A DNA stretch of 64,000 bases from Alphaproteobacteria bacterium (GCA_043757405.1 JAYVPI010000011.1:49297-113296); one strand, 5' to 3'. Shown: positions 17,451-27,821, counted from the stretch's first letter. Notes: generated from the letters alone by a model not told the origin. Numbers and translations are program-made.

Positions 17451-19856
17451 TTAATGCGGAAGATGAATCTCGTCGCTGCCTTTGCCGTCTTTTTTCTTTT
17501 TGGTGAACTCACCATCCCACAGAACAGGAACTAGTGGTTGCGACAATGCGTGTTTCAGCACATCATCAACGGTTTCAACCGGGATAATTTCCAGATGATT
17601 TTTTACATTGTCAGGAATATCAGCCAAATCTTTCAAGTTTTCTTGTGGAATGAGAACTGTTTTGATGCCGCTGCGAAGTGCCGCCAGCATTTTCTCTTTC
17701 AAGCCGCCGATCGGCAGCACGCGGCCACGCAATGTAATTTCACCAGTCATGGCTACGTCTTTGCGCACCGGGATGCCGGAAAGTACTGATACAATTGATG
17801 TACACATCGCGACACCCGCGCTTGGCCCGTCTTTTGGCGTGGCGCCCTCAGGAACGTGGACATGAATGTCTTTGTCTTGGAATTCAGGTGGTTTAATTCC
17901 GTAATCCAGGCAGCGGAAACGTACGAAGCTGGCTGCTGCTTCGATTGATTCCTTCATTACTTTTTCCAGGTTGCCGGTATAGGAGATTTTGCCTTTGCCG
18001 CCGGGCAATGCTACTGCTTCGATTTGCAGGATATCGCCGCCGGTTTCGGTATATGCTAATCCGGTGGTGATGCCGATCAAATCACTTTTCTCAGTTTGAC
18101 CGTAGGAATATTTGCGGACTTTGGCGAATTTTTCCAAGTTCTTGCGGGTGATGGCCATTTTGGTGACTTTGCCGCTGACGATTTTTTTCAAACTCTTGCG
18201 GATGAGATTAGCCAATTCCCGCTCAAGGTTTCGTACTCCGGCTTCGCGTGTGTAATAGCGAATTAGATCAGTGATGGCATCGTCGGTGATTTTCCATTCA
18301 TCAAGTTTCATCGAATGTGATTCGATGAGTTTCGGAATTAAATGGGTTTTAGCAATTTCGATTTTTTCTTCTTCCGTGTAACCGCCGATGCGGATGATTT
18401 CCATCCTGTCGAGTAGCGGGCGCGGGAGTTTTAATGTGTTCGCAGTAGCGATGAACATTACATCGGAGAGATCGTAATCGACTTCCAAATAATGATCGTT
18501 GAATTTATTGTTTTGTTCAGGGTCGAGTACTTCCAGCAATGCGGAAGATGGATCGCCGCGGAAATCATGGCTCATTTTATCGATTTCATCGAGAAGGATA
18601 AGCGGGTTGGAGTGCTTCACCTTCTTCATCGACTGGATAATTTTGCCTGGCATTGAGCCAAGATATGTCCGGCGGTGGCCGCGGATTTCTGCTTCGTCAC
18701 GCATGCCGCCGAGGGAGATTTTAGCAAATTGACGACCTGTAGCTTCCGCAATAGAGCGGCCGAGCGAGGTTTTGCCGACGCCTGGAGGGCCAACTAAACA
18801 GAGGATAGGGCCGCGCATTTTGCCACCGGTGCGGGATTGCACGGCTAAGTATTCTAAAATGCGTTCTTTAACTTGTTCCAAACCATAATGGTCTTTCTGC
18901 AGGACGGATTCAGCGTCGTTTATATCGGTTTTGATTTGCGTTGGGGCTTTCCACGGCAATGTTGTGATCCAATCCAGGTAATTGCGGATGACACTGGCTT
19001 CCGCCGACATCGCGCTCATGCTTTTGAGTTTTTTCAGCTCGCCTTTCGCTTTCTCTTTGGCTTCATCGGAGAGTTTCAGCTCGCTGATCTTTTTCTCAAA
19101 CTCGGCGATATCATCTTTGCCGTCATCCTCATCGAGTTCTTTGTGAATGGCTTTCAATTGCTCATTCAAATAATAATCTTTCTGGTTTTTTTCGATTTGG
19201 TTTTTAACGCGGCCGCGGATTTTGATTTCAGTGTTAATCAAACCGATTTCGCGCTCAAGCAATGAGGAAATTTCTTCCAGGCGGATTTTCGGGTTCAATT
19301 CATCAAGAAGTTTTTGGCGTTCCTGGATTTTGATTGGTAAATAGCTCGCCAATTTATCCGACAAATCTCCCGGATGGGTGATTTTATTGATATTCTCTAA
19401 AATATTGAACGGGATGCGGCGGTTGATTTTTAAATATTCACCGAATTGGCGAATCACAGTGCGGCACAATGCCTCCACTTCCGGGACGGAAGCTTCGACT
19501 TCGTCGAGTGCGGTGACTTCTGCTTCGGAATAATCTTTATGCACGGTGTATGTTTTTACGCGGGCGCGGCGTTCGCCTTCGACCAGGACTTTTACTGTGC
19601 CGTCCGGAAGTTTCAAAAGATGCAGCACTGAGCAGATGACGCCGACTTCGTATAATTTATTATGTTCCGGATCGTCGTCGCTGGGAGTTATTTGTGTGAC
19701 TAAAAATACTTTGCGCATTCCGTCATTCAGGCACACTTCCAATGCTTTGATCGATTTTTCGCGGCCAACCAAGAGTGAAGGAACGGTGCCGGGAAAAACC
19801 ACGACATCACGTAAGGGAAGTACCGGATAGGTTTCTTTCGCTGTCCGTTTAAACAT
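17451..19856 (-). CDS. lon: ATP-dependent Lon protease
   Basis: LON N-domain ([13 protein letters not shown]), Walker [10 protein letters not shown], and protease motif [11 protein letters not shown] with the catalytic Ser. The ATG at 19856 is preferred over the track start at 19886. Confidence 0.93.
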   Translation of the reverse strand: MFKRTAKETYPVLPLRDVVVFPGTVPSLLVGREKSIKALEVCLNDGMRKVFLVTQITPSDDDPEHNKLYEVGVICSVLHLLKLPDGTVKVLVEGERRARVKTYTVHKDYSEAEVTALDEVEASVPEVEALCRTVIRQFGEYLKINRRIPFNILENINKITHPGDLSDKLASYLPIKIQERQKLLDELNPKIRLEEISSLLEREIGLINTEIKIRGRVKNQIEKNQKDYYLNEQLKAIHKELDEDDGKDDIAEFEKKISELKLSDEAKEKAKGELKKLKSMSAMSAEASVIRNYLDWITTLPWKAPTQIKTDINDAESVLQKDHYGLEQVKERILEYLAVQSRTGGKMRGPILCLVGPPGVGKTSLGRSIAEATGRQFAKISLGGMRDEAEIRGHRRTYLGSMPGKIIQSMKKVKHSNPLILLDEIDKMSHDFRGDPSSALLEVLDPEQNNKFNDHYLEVDYDLSDVMFIATANTLKLPRPLLDRMEIIRIGGYTEEEKIEIAKTHLIPKLIESHSMKLDEWKITDDAITDLIRYYTREAGVRNLERELANLIRKSLKKIVSGKVTKMAITRKNLEKFAKVRKYSYGQTEKSDLIGITTGLAYTETGGDILQIEAVALPGGKGKISYTGNLEKVMKESIEAAASFVRFRCLDYGIKPPEFQDKDIHVHVPEGATPKDGPSAGVAMCTSIVSVLSGIPVRKDVAMTGEITLRGRVLPIGGLKEKMLAALRSGIKTVLIPQENLKDLADIPDNVKNHLEIIPVETVDDVLKHALSQPLVPVLWDGEFTKKKKDGKGSDEIHLPH

Positions 19857-19953
19857 ATTTGTAATGTAGTGCATGCACTTTAGCATTTCAAGTCAGTTAT
19901 TAGTTGATGGGGTGGGGTTGATGGTTTATATGAGTGGAAACATTAGAGGATTT

Positions 19954-20316
19954 ATGAGCTATTTGATCGCCCGAGCCTATGCCGAAACCCCAACAGCCGC
20001 GCCTGTAAAGACGGAAAGCGCCCTGGATGCCATGCAATTCATGCCATTTGTCTTTATTTTCGTGGTATTTTATTTCCTCATTTTGCGCCCGCAACAAAGG
20101 AAGTTTAAACAGCACCAAGCAATGGTTTCCGCAATTAAACGCGGGGATAAAGTTGTTACTTCCGGCGGTATTTTGGGCAAAGTGGCGCGTGTTGATGAGG
20201 GCGGCATTATCCAGGTCGAAATCGCCGATGGCGTTGTGGTGAAAACTATGGCGGCGACAATTACTACCGTAGTTGATGACAAAGCATTGAATGATAATTC
20301 AGCGGCGAAAAAATAA
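19954..20316 (+). CDS. yajC: Preprotein translocase subunit YajC
   Basis: FMPFVFIFVVFYFLILRPQQRKFKQHQAMVSAIKRGDKVVTSGGILGKV is the YajC signature. The start is uncertain (19921, 19930 or 19954). Confidence 0.85.
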   Translation: MSYLIARAYAETPTAAPVKTESALDAMQFMPFVFIFVVFYFLILRPQQRKFKQHQAMVSAIKRGDKVVTSGGILGKVARVDEGGIIQVEIADGVVVKTMAATITTVVDDKALNDNSAAKK

Positions 20317-20654
20317 TGGCAAATATCGGCACAACCTTATTCACAATTTTCCGCGGTAAAAAAACCGGCGCTGATGAATTTGGTAATCGATATTACATGA
20401 ACGCAAAAAAGAGCCGCCGTTGGGTGATTTATAAAGGCATCGCCGAGGCTTCCAAAGTTCCGGCGGAGTGGCATCGCTGGTTGCACAAGACCACGGACGA
20501 AGTTCCGCAAAATCTCAAAACCCACGCCTGGGAAAAACCGCATTTGCCGAATCTGACTGGCACTGATAATGCATATGTGCCGAAGGGCCATGTTAAATCT
20601 GGCACGAAGCGGAACAAGGCTACGGGTGATTATCAGGCCTGGAAGCCTGAGTAG
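20316..20654 (+). CDS. NADH:ubiquinone oxidoreductase subunit NDUFA12-family protein
   Basis: 112 aa. GADEFGNRYY...RRWVIYKG...VPAEWHRWLHKTTDEVP matches the NDUFA12 family. Confidence 0.85.
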   Translation: MANIGTTLFTIFRGKKTGADEFGNRYYMNAKKSRRWVIYKGIAEASKVPAEWHRWLHKTTDEVPQNLKTHAWEKPHLPNLTGTDNAYVPKGHVKSGTKRNKATGDYQAWKPE

Positions 20655-20656
20655 TT

Positions 20657-20849
20657 TTAATAAGTGCGCTCGGCGCGCAGCCCCGGCCTCAATGGCCTTG
20701 CCTTCGCACTACGTGCTCGGATTCCATAGCATCACTATTTACAATAGCCACCAATGAGGGAGGGCGCTTGACCCGACTGAGCGAGCCCAAAATTCTAATC
20801 TTGAGGGCGACAGCTCGCGAAGCGATGCGCGGCGCTTGAGCGCAATTAA
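20657..20849. mobile_element. MITE-like element, copy 2 (inverted relative to copy 1, degenerate TIRs)
   Basis: It shares cctcaatggccttgccttcgc, gctcggattccatagcatca, acccgactgagcgagccca and ttgagggcgacagct with the reverse complement of 17251-17448. It ends in gcgcaattaa. Confidence 0.75.
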
Positions 20850-20850
20850 A

Positions 20851-20883
20851 AATAAAAAAGGGTGCGCAAACACGCACCCTTTT
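20851..20883 (-). terminator. Rho-independent terminator of the 20904-21170 gene
   Basis: aagggtgcg-caaaca-cgcaccctt hairpin. On the minus strand it is followed by ttttttattttt. Confidence 0.7.
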
Positions 20884-20903
20884 GAATTAGCCTAAACCAA
20901 GAT

Positions 20904-21170
20904 TTAGTGAGCTGCTTTTTTCTCTGTAGAGATAGTAGTAGTTGCCGTTGCTGAACCAGCAGGAGTTTCTACTGATTGGCTTGCTTGGTTAGTTTGAGTT
21001 TGGTTGCCTTGAGCGTCTGTAGATTTCGCTTCAGTTTTAGTTTCTGTAGTAGTTGCAGCAGGAGCTTCAGTTGCAGCTGGTGCTTTAAAAGCTTTAGCTG
21101 GAGTTTCAGCTGCTTGAGCTGCTGAAGTCAATGCGATAACAGCGATTGCTGCGATAAAAAGTTTATTCAT
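20904..21170 (-). CDS. Small secreted low-complexity (Ala/Thr/Glu-rich) protein
   Basis: 88 aa with signal peptide MNKLFIAAIAVIALTSAAQA followed by an A/T/E/K-rich sequence. It has its own terminator. Confidence 0.55.
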   Translation of the reverse strand: MNKLFIAAIAVIALTSAAQAAETPAKAFKAPAATEAPAATTTETKTEAKSTDAQGNQTQTNQASQSVETPAGSATATTTISTEKKAAH

Positions 21171-21339
21171 AGTAGATTATCCCTAGAATTTAAGTTGTAA
21201 CCGGGCCACAGAATGCCGCCCGAAGTTCGTGGTTAATTATCACAATTTCAAATAACGCCCAAACATTTTTTTTGGCATTTCTTCAAGAAAAATCACTAAT
21301 CATTGATTTTCGGGTTTTTAAGCCCATAATAATCGGCTT

Positions 21340-22332
21340 ATGAAGAAGCCGGAACCTATAAAACGTCTGAAAGAAATTGGGCTTTTGATATATAGAGCTG
21401 CTGATAACATGGTTAATCATGATGGGATTGAGCATGCCGGTTATCTCGCATTTGTCATCATGCTCGCGGTTTTCCCGTTTCTGGTGTTTTTCGTCGCCAT
21501 ACTTGGCGCTCTCGGCCAAACCGGGCAGGGTGGGGATTTCATCCATTTAATCATCGACCGTGCGCCCAAATATATGACCGATCCGGTCCTGCCCAGTATC
21601 AATGAGATCCTTTCCGGCCCGCCGCATGGCTTGCTAACAATCTCGATTCTCGGAACAATCTGGACATCTTCGTCAATCGTTGAGGGCATGCGCACCGTGC
21701 TTAACCGCGCCTATCACGTCCACACCCCGCCCAATTATTATTTCCGCCGCGCCATGTCGATCATGCAAATCTTGCTGCTCTCGATGATCCTCATCATCGC
21801 CATGCTCGGCCTGATTATCATTCCGACGATATTCAACAAACTCTATGGTCTTTTCTTTACTTTCAACACGGTTAGCAACCAGGCCGAGTTGCCGCATTTG
21901 GCCTTTTTCGCAGGCGAATGGGAATTTTTACGTTATGTTTTCGCGGTTCTAGTCCTTTTATTCTTTGTTTCCACGCTTTATTACGTCCTGCCCAATGTCC
22001 GCCATAAATGGCGCGATACGCTGCCGGGGGCGGTGGTGACAGTGATCGGTTGGAGCCTTTTGACTAAGGGAATGGCTTATTATATCGGCCATTTTACCCA
22101 GCTCAGCGTGGTTTATGGCAGTTTGGCCAATATCATCGTTTTTCTACTGTTTTTCTATATCGTAAACATTATATTCATTTACGGCGCTGAGTTTAACTAC
22201 CTGCTCGAAAAATATCTGGGTCACAAAATTATACAAAAAGAAGAAGTGGCGCCGGAACAGGTGAAGCCTACCGAAACCATGAACCGCGTTGTAACCAAAA
22301 AAGAAATCGTAATTCCTAATGACAAAAAATAA
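21340..22332 (+). CDS. YihY/BrkB family membrane protein
   Basis: 330 aa, multi-[21 protein letters not shown] and [28 protein letters not shown] are typical of the YihY/BrkB (former RNase BN) family. Confidence 0.8.
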   Translation: MKKPEPIKRLKEIGLLIYRAADNMVNHDGIEHAGYLAFVIMLAVFPFLVFFVAILGALGQTGQGGDFIHLIIDRAPKYMTDPVLPSINEILSGPPHGLLTISILGTIWTSSSIVEGMRTVLNRAYHVHTPPNYYFRRAMSIMQILLLSMILIIAMLGLIIIPTIFNKLYGLFFTFNTVSNQAELPHLAFFAGEWEFLRYVFAVLVLLFFVSTLYYVLPNVRHKWRDTLPGAVVTVIGWSLLTKGMAYYIGHFTQLSVVYGSLANIIVFLLFFYIVNIIFIYGAEFNYLLEKYLGHKIIQKEEVAPEQVKPTETMNRVVTKKEIVIPNDKK

Positions 22333-22351
22333 TGACAAAGAAAATTATAAG

Positions 22352-22392
22352 GCAGCAGATGGCCAGCTTAATAAAGCAGCAGATGGCCAGCT
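22352..22392. repeat. Tandem duplication (24-nt period) just upstream of the argH start
   Basis: gcagcagatggccagct occurs at 22352 and at 22376. This produces the KAADGQL KAADGQL repeat in the extended ORF. Confidence 0.8.
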
Positions 22393-22393
22393 A

Positions 22394-23758
22394 ATGCGCG
22401 GCGGCCAATTTAGCGAAATGCCGGACGCGCTTTTGCAGGAAATCAACGCGTCGATCGGCTTTGACCATAAGCTTTATGCTCAAGACATATTGGCATCGAT
22501 CGCGCATACTAAAATGCTGGTGAAGCAAAAAATTATCACTGCCGAAGATGGCAATAATATCGTCGATGGATTGAACCGGATAAAGAAGGGTATTGAGGAA
22601 GGCTCGGTGATGTTCCGGACAGATCTGGAAGATATCCATATGAATATCGAAGCCAAGTTAAAAGGTCTCGCCGGGGAATCTGCGGGACGGCTGCACACGG
22701 CGCGTTCGCGCAATGACCAGGTGGCGGTGGATTTCCGGCTGTGGGTGCGGGATGCGATTGATGAAACGGTTGGTTATTTGAAAGCGCTGCGGGCGGCATT
22801 AGTAGCGCGGGCGGAGAAGGATGCGGCGACTATTATGCCTGGATTCACGCATTTGCAAAGCGCACAGCCGGTGACTTTTGGTCATCACTTAATGGCATAT
22901 TATGAAATGTTCTCACGCGACCAATCACGGTTTGAAAATGCGCGGGTGCGGATGAATCTTTGCCCGCTTGGCGCAGCGGCGCTTGCCGGGACATCTTTCC
23001 CGACGAATCGGGAGATGATTGCCAAGGAATTGGAATTCGATGGCCCAACGGCGAATTCATTGGATTCAGTTTCCGACCGGGATTTTGCGCTGGAATTTTT
23101 AAGTGCGGCTTCAATTTGCGCGATGCATCTCTCGCGCCTGGCGGAGGAGATGGTGATTTGGTCATCAGCGCAGTTCAAATTCATTACGCTTTCCGATAAG
23201 TTTACTACTGGCTCATCCATCATGCCACAGAAACGCAATCCCGACGCGGCGGAACTGGTGCGCGGGAAAACGGGGCGGATTTATGGTTCGCTGGTTAATT
23301 TGCTGACCGTCATGAAAGCTCTGCCATTGGCGTATAATAAGGATATGCAGGAAGATAAAGAGCCGGTGTTTGACGCGGCGGAGACTTTATCGATTTGTTT
23401 GCAGGTTACGCGGGGCATGGTTTTGGATATGAAAGTGAACGCAGATAATATGCTAAAGGCGGCATCTAGTGGTTTCTCCACCGCCACCGATTTCGCTGAT
23501 TGGCTGGTGCGGGAATTGGATATCCCGTTCCGCGACGCGCATCATATTACTGGCAAGGCAGTGAAGCTGGCGGAAGAGCAAAAATGCGATCTTGCCGATC
23601 TGGATTTGAAGGATCTGCAAAAGCTCGAAGCCAAAATTCATAATGGAATATTTGCAAGTCTTGGTGTTGAAAACTCAGTGAAGTCACGTAAATCATACGG
23701 CGGTACGGCCCCGGAGAACGTATTGGCGCAGGTGAAAAAGGCCAAGGAAAGTTTATGA
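22394..23758 (+). CDS. argH: Argininosuccinate lyase
   Basis: MRGGQFSE... N-terminus and [12 protein letters not shown] fumarate-lyase signature. The ATG at 22394 is preferred over 22319. Confidence 0.93.
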   Translation: MRGGQFSEMPDALLQEINASIGFDHKLYAQDILASIAHTKMLVKQKIITAEDGNNIVDGLNRIKKGIEEGSVMFRTDLEDIHMNIEAKLKGLAGESAGRLHTARSRNDQVAVDFRLWVRDAIDETVGYLKALRAALVARAEKDAATIMPGFTHLQSAQPVTFGHHLMAYYEMFSRDQSRFENARVRMNLCPLGAAALAGTSFPTNREMIAKELEFDGPTANSLDSVSDRDFALEFLSAASICAMHLSRLAEEMVIWSSAQFKFITLSDKFTTGSSIMPQKRNPDAAELVRGKTGRIYGSLVNLLTVMKALPLAYNKDMQEDKEPVFDAAETLSICLQVTRGMVLDMKVNADNMLKAASSGFSTATDFADWLVRELDIPFRDAHHITGKAVKLAEEQKCDLADLDLKDLQKLEAKIHNGIFASLGVENSVKSRKSYGGTAPENVLAQVKKAKESL

Positions 23759-24000
23759 AAATAGAAAAATGCGTCAATTGCGGCTCATCAGATTTATTTG
23801 ACGGCATGTGGTCGATGCGCAATTTCCGCCTGTTCCCGCGCGGCTTTGGCCGGGGTTTGGCGGGCGTTTTGGCGGAATTTACCGTTTGCCTGGCCTGCAG
23901 TTATACCCACACTCATTTTGGCGAAAAGGAACTCCAGAAAATCAGAAAATGGAAAGAAATGGAAGCAAAGAGCGCCGTTGAAACAAAAAGCAAACGCTAG
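23755..24000 (+). CDS. Small zinc-ribbon-like protein
   Basis: 81 aa with CVNCGS...CLAC cysteine pairs. The start overlaps the argH stop (ATGA). Confidence 0.45.
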   Translation: MKIEKCVNCGSSDLFDGMWSMRNFRLFPRGFGRGLAGVLAEFTVCLACSYTHTHFGEKELQKIRKWKEMEAKSAVETKSKR

Positions 24001-24017
24001 GAAGAGGGAATCGGCGC

Positions 24018-24137
24018 ATGTTCAAAAATCTAATTTTACTTTTCGCCGTCGTCGCCCTCGCCGCGCTCACCACCTCATGCGGCAATAAGAAAGAATTAGT
24101 ATTACCCGAAGGCAAGGAGCGGCGAACCGTGTTTTAA
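24018..24137 (+). CDS. Small lipoprotein (39 aa, LptM/YifL-like position after argH; below the ORF-track cutoff)
   Basis: Hand translation gives MFKNLILLFAVVALAALTSCGNKKELVLPEGKERRTVF, with an LTSC lipobox and GAGG 10 nt upstream. Small lipoprotein genes commonly follow argH. Confidence 0.55.
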   Translation: MFKNLILLFAVVALAALTTSCGNKKELVLPEGKERRTVF

Positions 24138-24553
24138 CGCGCCCGGTTAAGCTCAGTACCATAGGCGGTAATATATTGTGCCAGATGCCTACTAATATCA
24201 TAATGATTGTCAGGATTGCCGATATTGGCCAGTAATTCCAGCTTCCGCTCATCTCCTATATGGAGGCCTAATATAGGGGTTTGCTTATAAATCCCAAACC
24301 ATAATTTTTTCTCCATATCAATATCACCGTGGCGGTCGCCTTCCAAATGATCGCATAAATGTTTAAATGGTGAGGCATTGAATGGCTTATTATTGAACCT
24401 CGCATCCGTGATTTCAACCGCAGCATTATTAGTTTTGGCAAGTAGAGGTAACGAATCCTCGCTGCAACGTATAAATACTTCATGATAAGCCCGGTGCATT
24501 ACAATTTCCATGCCGAGAAACTCATCTTCAGTTATCTGGAGAGATATCGCCAT
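24134..24553 (-). CDS. Hypothetical protein
   Basis: 139-aa ORF with no recognizable motif. Located downstream of topA on the same strand. Confidence 0.4.
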   Translation of the reverse strand: MAISLQITEDEFLGMEIVMHRAYHEVFIRCSEDSLPLLAKTNNAAVEITDARFNNKPFNASPFKHLCDHLEGDRHGDIDMEKKLWFGIYKQTPILGLHIGDERKLELLANIGNPDNHYDISRHLAQYITAYGTELNRAR

Positions 24554-24593
24554 AAGATAAAATGAATCAGTTGTGATAAAAATTATATAAGGA

Positions 24594-27083
24594 TTAACTA
24601 TCCAGCTTCTTCTTTACCAGCGGCACAGCCTCTTCCAGCGTCAGCGTATCGGAAGAGAGTGTTTTTGGAATAGCGATATTTAGCTTATTATATTTGATAT
24701 ATGCGCCATAGCGGCCCTTGTGGATTTCAACTTTTTTGCCTTCATATTCGCCCAGTTCTTTGAGCATGCCGAAATTCTTGGCGCCGCCTTGCGCGGCTCC
24801 GGCCAAAATATCAACGGCGCGGTTGATGCCGATTTCCATTACGTCATCAGTTTTCAAAGACGTGAATTTTTCGTTGTGGTGGAGATATGGACCAAAGCGG
24901 CCAATGCCTGCTTTGATAACTAATTTGGTTTCCGGATGGATGCCGACTTCGCGGGGCAGGGATAGGAATTTCAATGCCTGCTCTAAGGTGATTGTATCAT
25001 GCGCCAGATGTTTCGGAATCGGGAAGCGTTTCGGCTTTACTTTTTTCATTCCTTTGCCTTTGGCTTTTGGCACTTCAGTTTCTTCGCCAGCTTGCAAATA
25101 CCAGCCATATGGGCCATTGCGCACCGTTACTTCCAGGCCTTCCGGGTTTTGTCCGAGTGATCGCGGCTCATCATTTCCGGGCACATCGCCCTCGTCGGCT
25201 TCACCGGCATAGGAGAGTTTGCTTGTGTGTTTGCATTCCGGATAATTGCTGCAGCCGATGAACGCGCCGAATTTGCTGACTTTCAAACCAAGCTGGCCAT
25301 CTTCGCATGATGGGCATTTGCGCCCCTGTGGGAAAATGAATTTTTCGAGCAGCTCGTTTAATTTGTCGAGAACTTCGGTAATCCGCAGCTCGTGCGCTTC
25401 GCCGATTTTCTTGTTAAAATGCTGCCAGAAGTCGCGCAAGACCTGTTTCCAATCCATCTTGCCTTCGGAAACATCATCGAGTTCTTCCTCCAGTTTGGCG
25501 GTGTAATCAAACTCCACATAACGCTCGAAAAACGCGATGAGGAATGAGGTTACAATACGGCCGCGATCGGATGGGATGAAACGTTTTTTATCTAGAGCTA
25601 CATATTGCCGGTCTTGCAATACGGAGATGATGCTGGCGTAAGTGGAGGGGCGGCCAATGCCCATTTCTTCCATCTTCTTCACTAGCGAAGCTTCCGAATA
25701 ACGCGGTGGCGGTTCGGTGAAATGCTGCTCGGTTTTGATTTTCTCGATTTTCAAAGACTGGCCTTTATCGACTTTCGGCAATACGCGGTCAGCTTCGTCT
25801 TTCTCGTCGTCATTGCCTTCTTCGTAGACTTTGCGGTAACCTTCAAACTTAACTACAGAGCCGGTCACGGTCATTCCGGCATATTTATCGGCAGTTTCAA
25901 ATTCCACAGTTACCTGGTCGAATACCGCACTTTCCATTTGCGAGGCGACCATGCGTTCCCAGACTAATTTGTATAATTGCGCCATATCGCCATCAAGGTT
26001 TTTGGCGACATCAGCCGGTAATTTGGTGACGTCGGTCGGGCGGATTGCCTCATGCGCTTCTTGGGAATTTTTGGCTTTGCTGACATAGAGCCGCTCTTTT
26101 TCCGGTACGAAATCCTTGCCGTATTTTTTGCTTATCAGCTCGCGTGTGGCGTCAATCGCTTCCTTGACTACATAAACGCCGTCGGTACGCATATAGGTGA
26201 TGAGGCCGCCATCTTCGTTGACGCCTTCATATAATTTTTGCGCCAGTTGCATTGTGCGTTTGGCACCGAAGCCGAGTTTACGCGCCGCCTCTTGTTGCAA
26301 TGTGGAGGTGATGAAAGGCGGTTTCGGATTGCGGTTAACCTGTTTTTCGATAATGCTTAAGACTACAGCTTTCTGGCCTTTGATTTTTGCTTCGACTTCC
26401 GCCGCTCTGACGCCTGTCGGAATACCGAATTTGTCGAGTTTCTTGCCCTCGATTTTATGCACGCGGGCATTGATGCCGTTATCGAGTTCGGTTTTGATAT
26501 CCCAATATTCCTGGGAAATAAACTGCTCAATTTCCGCTTCACGATCGCAAATCAGACGCAGGGCGACTGACTGCACGCGGCCCGCCGAGCGGGCGCCAGG
26601 AAGTTTGCGCCATAATACTGGTGATAAAGTGAAGCCCACAAGATAATCCAGCGCCCGCCGCGCCTGTTGCGCATTGACCAAATCCATATCGATCTCACGT
26701 GGCGCTTTCATCGCTTCCAGAATCGAGTTTTTGGTAATGGCGTTGAATACTACGCGGCTGACTTTGGTGTCTTTCTTCAGAGCTTTTTTCGCCTTCAACA
26801 CTTCCAGCACATGCCAGGAAATCGCCTCACCCTCACGGTCAGGATCGGTCGCGAGGATAATTTCGTCGGCTTCCTTGGCGCTAGTGGTGATATCCTTCAT
26901 CTTCTTCTGAGAATCGGAATCCACCTCATAATGCATCTCAAAATCTTTGTCCGGCTCAACAGAACCGTTTTTGGACGGCAAATCGCGCACATGGCCATAT
27001 GAGGCCAGGACTTTATAATCCTTTCCTAGATACTTATTAATGGTTTTCGCTTTAGCGGGAGATTCAACGATTACTAGTTTCAT
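24594..27083 (-). CDS. topA: DNA topoisomerase I
   Basis: 829 aa. TOPRIM N-terminus (MKLVIVESPAKAKTI), catalytic-Tyr region (ITYMRTDG), a C-terminal Cys4 zinc ribbon (CPSC...CSNYPEC) and repeated KGRYGAYI-type motifs. Confidence 0.95.
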   Translation of the reverse strand: MKLVIVESPAKAKTINKYLGKDYKVLASYGHVRDLPSKNGSVEPDKDFEMHYEVDSDSQKKMKDITTSAKEADEIILATDPDREGEAISWHVLEVLKAKKALKKDTKVSRVVFNAITKNSILEAMKAPREIDMDLVNAQQARRALDYLVGFTLSPVLWRKLPGARSAGRVQSVALRLICDREAEIEQFISQEYWDIKTELDNGINARVHKIEGKKLDKFGIPTGVRAAEVEAKIKGQKAVVLSIIEKQVNRNPKPPFITSTLQQEAARKLGFGAKRTMQLAQKLYEGVNEDGGLITYMRTDGVYVVKEAIDATRELISKKYGKDFVPEKERLYVSKAKNSQEAHEAIRPTDVTKLPADVAKNLDGDMAQLYKLVWERMVASQMESAVFDQVTVEFETADKYAGMTVTGSVVKFEGYRKVYEEGNDDEKDEADRVLPKVDKGQSLKIEKIKTEQHFTEPPPRYSEASLVKKMEEMGIGRPSTYASIISVLQDRQYVALDKKRFIPSDRGRIVTSFLIAFFERYVEFDYTAKLEEELDDVSEGKMDWKQVLRDFWQHFNKKIGEAHELRITEVLDKLNELLEKFIFPQGRKCPSCEDGQLGLKVSKFGAFIGCSNYPECKHTSKLSYAGEADEGDVPGNDEPRSLGQNPEGLEVTVRNGPYGWYLQAGEETEVPKAKGKGMKKVKPKRFPIPKHLAHDTITLEQALKFLSLPREVGIHPETKLVIKAGIGRFGPYLHHNEKFTSLKTDDVMEIGINRAVDILAGAAQGGAKNFGMLKELGEYEGKKVEIHKGRYGAYIKYNKLNIAIPKTLSSDTLTLEEAVPLVKKKLDS

Positions 27084-27475
27084 TTTGAGCCTGTGGTCAG
27101 TGGTCTGTAGTCTGTAGCTTTAATTTTTAGTTTCGACTTTAGGGAGTTTAGCATTTTCGCGATTTCATCAATTAACATCTTTATTTCATTAAACCGCTCT
27201 ATTTCAATGATTTTCACTTTATTAGCAATAATTAGTTGAGTTTTTAATTCTGCTAGTGAACCTGAGGCAATATTAAGAAAACGAAAAAACTCCTGATCAC
27301 TATGTCTGACGCTGCCCTCAGCTATATTGGAAGGGACGGAAAAAGCTGCTCTTCTGACTTGCTGAGCAAGTCCGTAAATTTCTTCTTTAGGAAAATTCTT
27401 AGTGATTTCAAAGACAAAGCAAGACAAATCCACAGCCTTTTTCCAAACCACCAAATCCTCAAATTTCTTATACAT
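27080..27475 (-). CDS. Four-helix-bundle protein (23S rRNA intervening-sequence protein family)
   Basis: LVVWKKAVDL...YGLAQQVRRAAFSVPSNIAEGS...FLNIASGSLAELKTQL is the family signature. The stop overlaps the topA ATG (ATGA). The ATG at 27475 is preferred over the TTG at 27490. Confidence 0.85.
   Translation of the reverse strand: MYKKFEDLVVWKKAVDLSCFVFEITKNFPKEEIYGLAQQVRRAAFSVPSNIAEGSVRHSDQEFFRFLNIASGSLAELKTQLIIANKVKIIEIERFNEIKMLIDEIAKMLNSLKSKLKIKATDYRPLTTGSK
27089..27118. repeat. Heptamer array (ctgtggt cagtggt ctgtagt ctgtagc), proximal arm flanking the 4HB gene
   Basis: 24/30 identity to the reverse complement of 27477-27506. Confidence 0.8.
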
Positions 27476-27476
27476 T

Positions 27477-27506
27477 GCTACAGACCACAAGCTACCGACT
27501 ACAGGC
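27477..27506. repeat. Heptamer array (ctacaga ccacaag ctaccga ctacagg), distal arm flanking the 4HB gene
   Basis: Inverted partner of 27089-27118. Together the two arrays bracket the whole 4HB ORF. Confidence 0.8.
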
Positions 27507-27718
27507 TAACTGTTCATATAGAGATAGAAAAGCAAGGTAATTGTGAGAGTTATGCCCGTTGTAACCAGCATTTTCCCCTTAATGCGCGCATTTTTGGGCG
27601 CACCCATGGCCTGACCGCGGATTGGGTTATCCTCGGTTTTGTTGCCGAATGGCAGGCTTAGATAGAACACCATCCACCAGGTTAGCACAAAAAATACGAA
27701 GGTTTGGATTGGGGTCAT
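27506..27718 (-). CDS. DUF1467 family small membrane protein
   Basis: 70 aa with two TM segments. WWMVFYLSLPFG...GAPKNARIKGK resembles the DUF1467 family conserved in Alphaproteobacteria. Confidence 0.6.
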   Translation of the reverse strand: MTPIQTFVFFVLTWWMVFYLSLPFGNKTEDNPIRGQAMGAPKNARIKGKMLVTTGITLTITLLFYLYMNS

Positions 27719-27731
27719 AGTTACCTAAATT

Positions 27732-27821
27732 TGTCATTCTCGGGCTTGACCCGAGAATCCAGGTCGCTTGCTCCGATACAGTATGCAACCCTAGATCCCC
27801 GGGTCAAGCCCGAGGATGACA
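27732..27821. repeat. Palindromic element, type A (two inverted ~30-nt hairpin modules tgtcatYctcgggcttgacccgagRatcca)
   Basis: The left module at 27732-27761 and the right module ending gatgaca at 27821 are near-perfect reverse complements. Each module is itself a hairpin. Confidence 0.85.
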
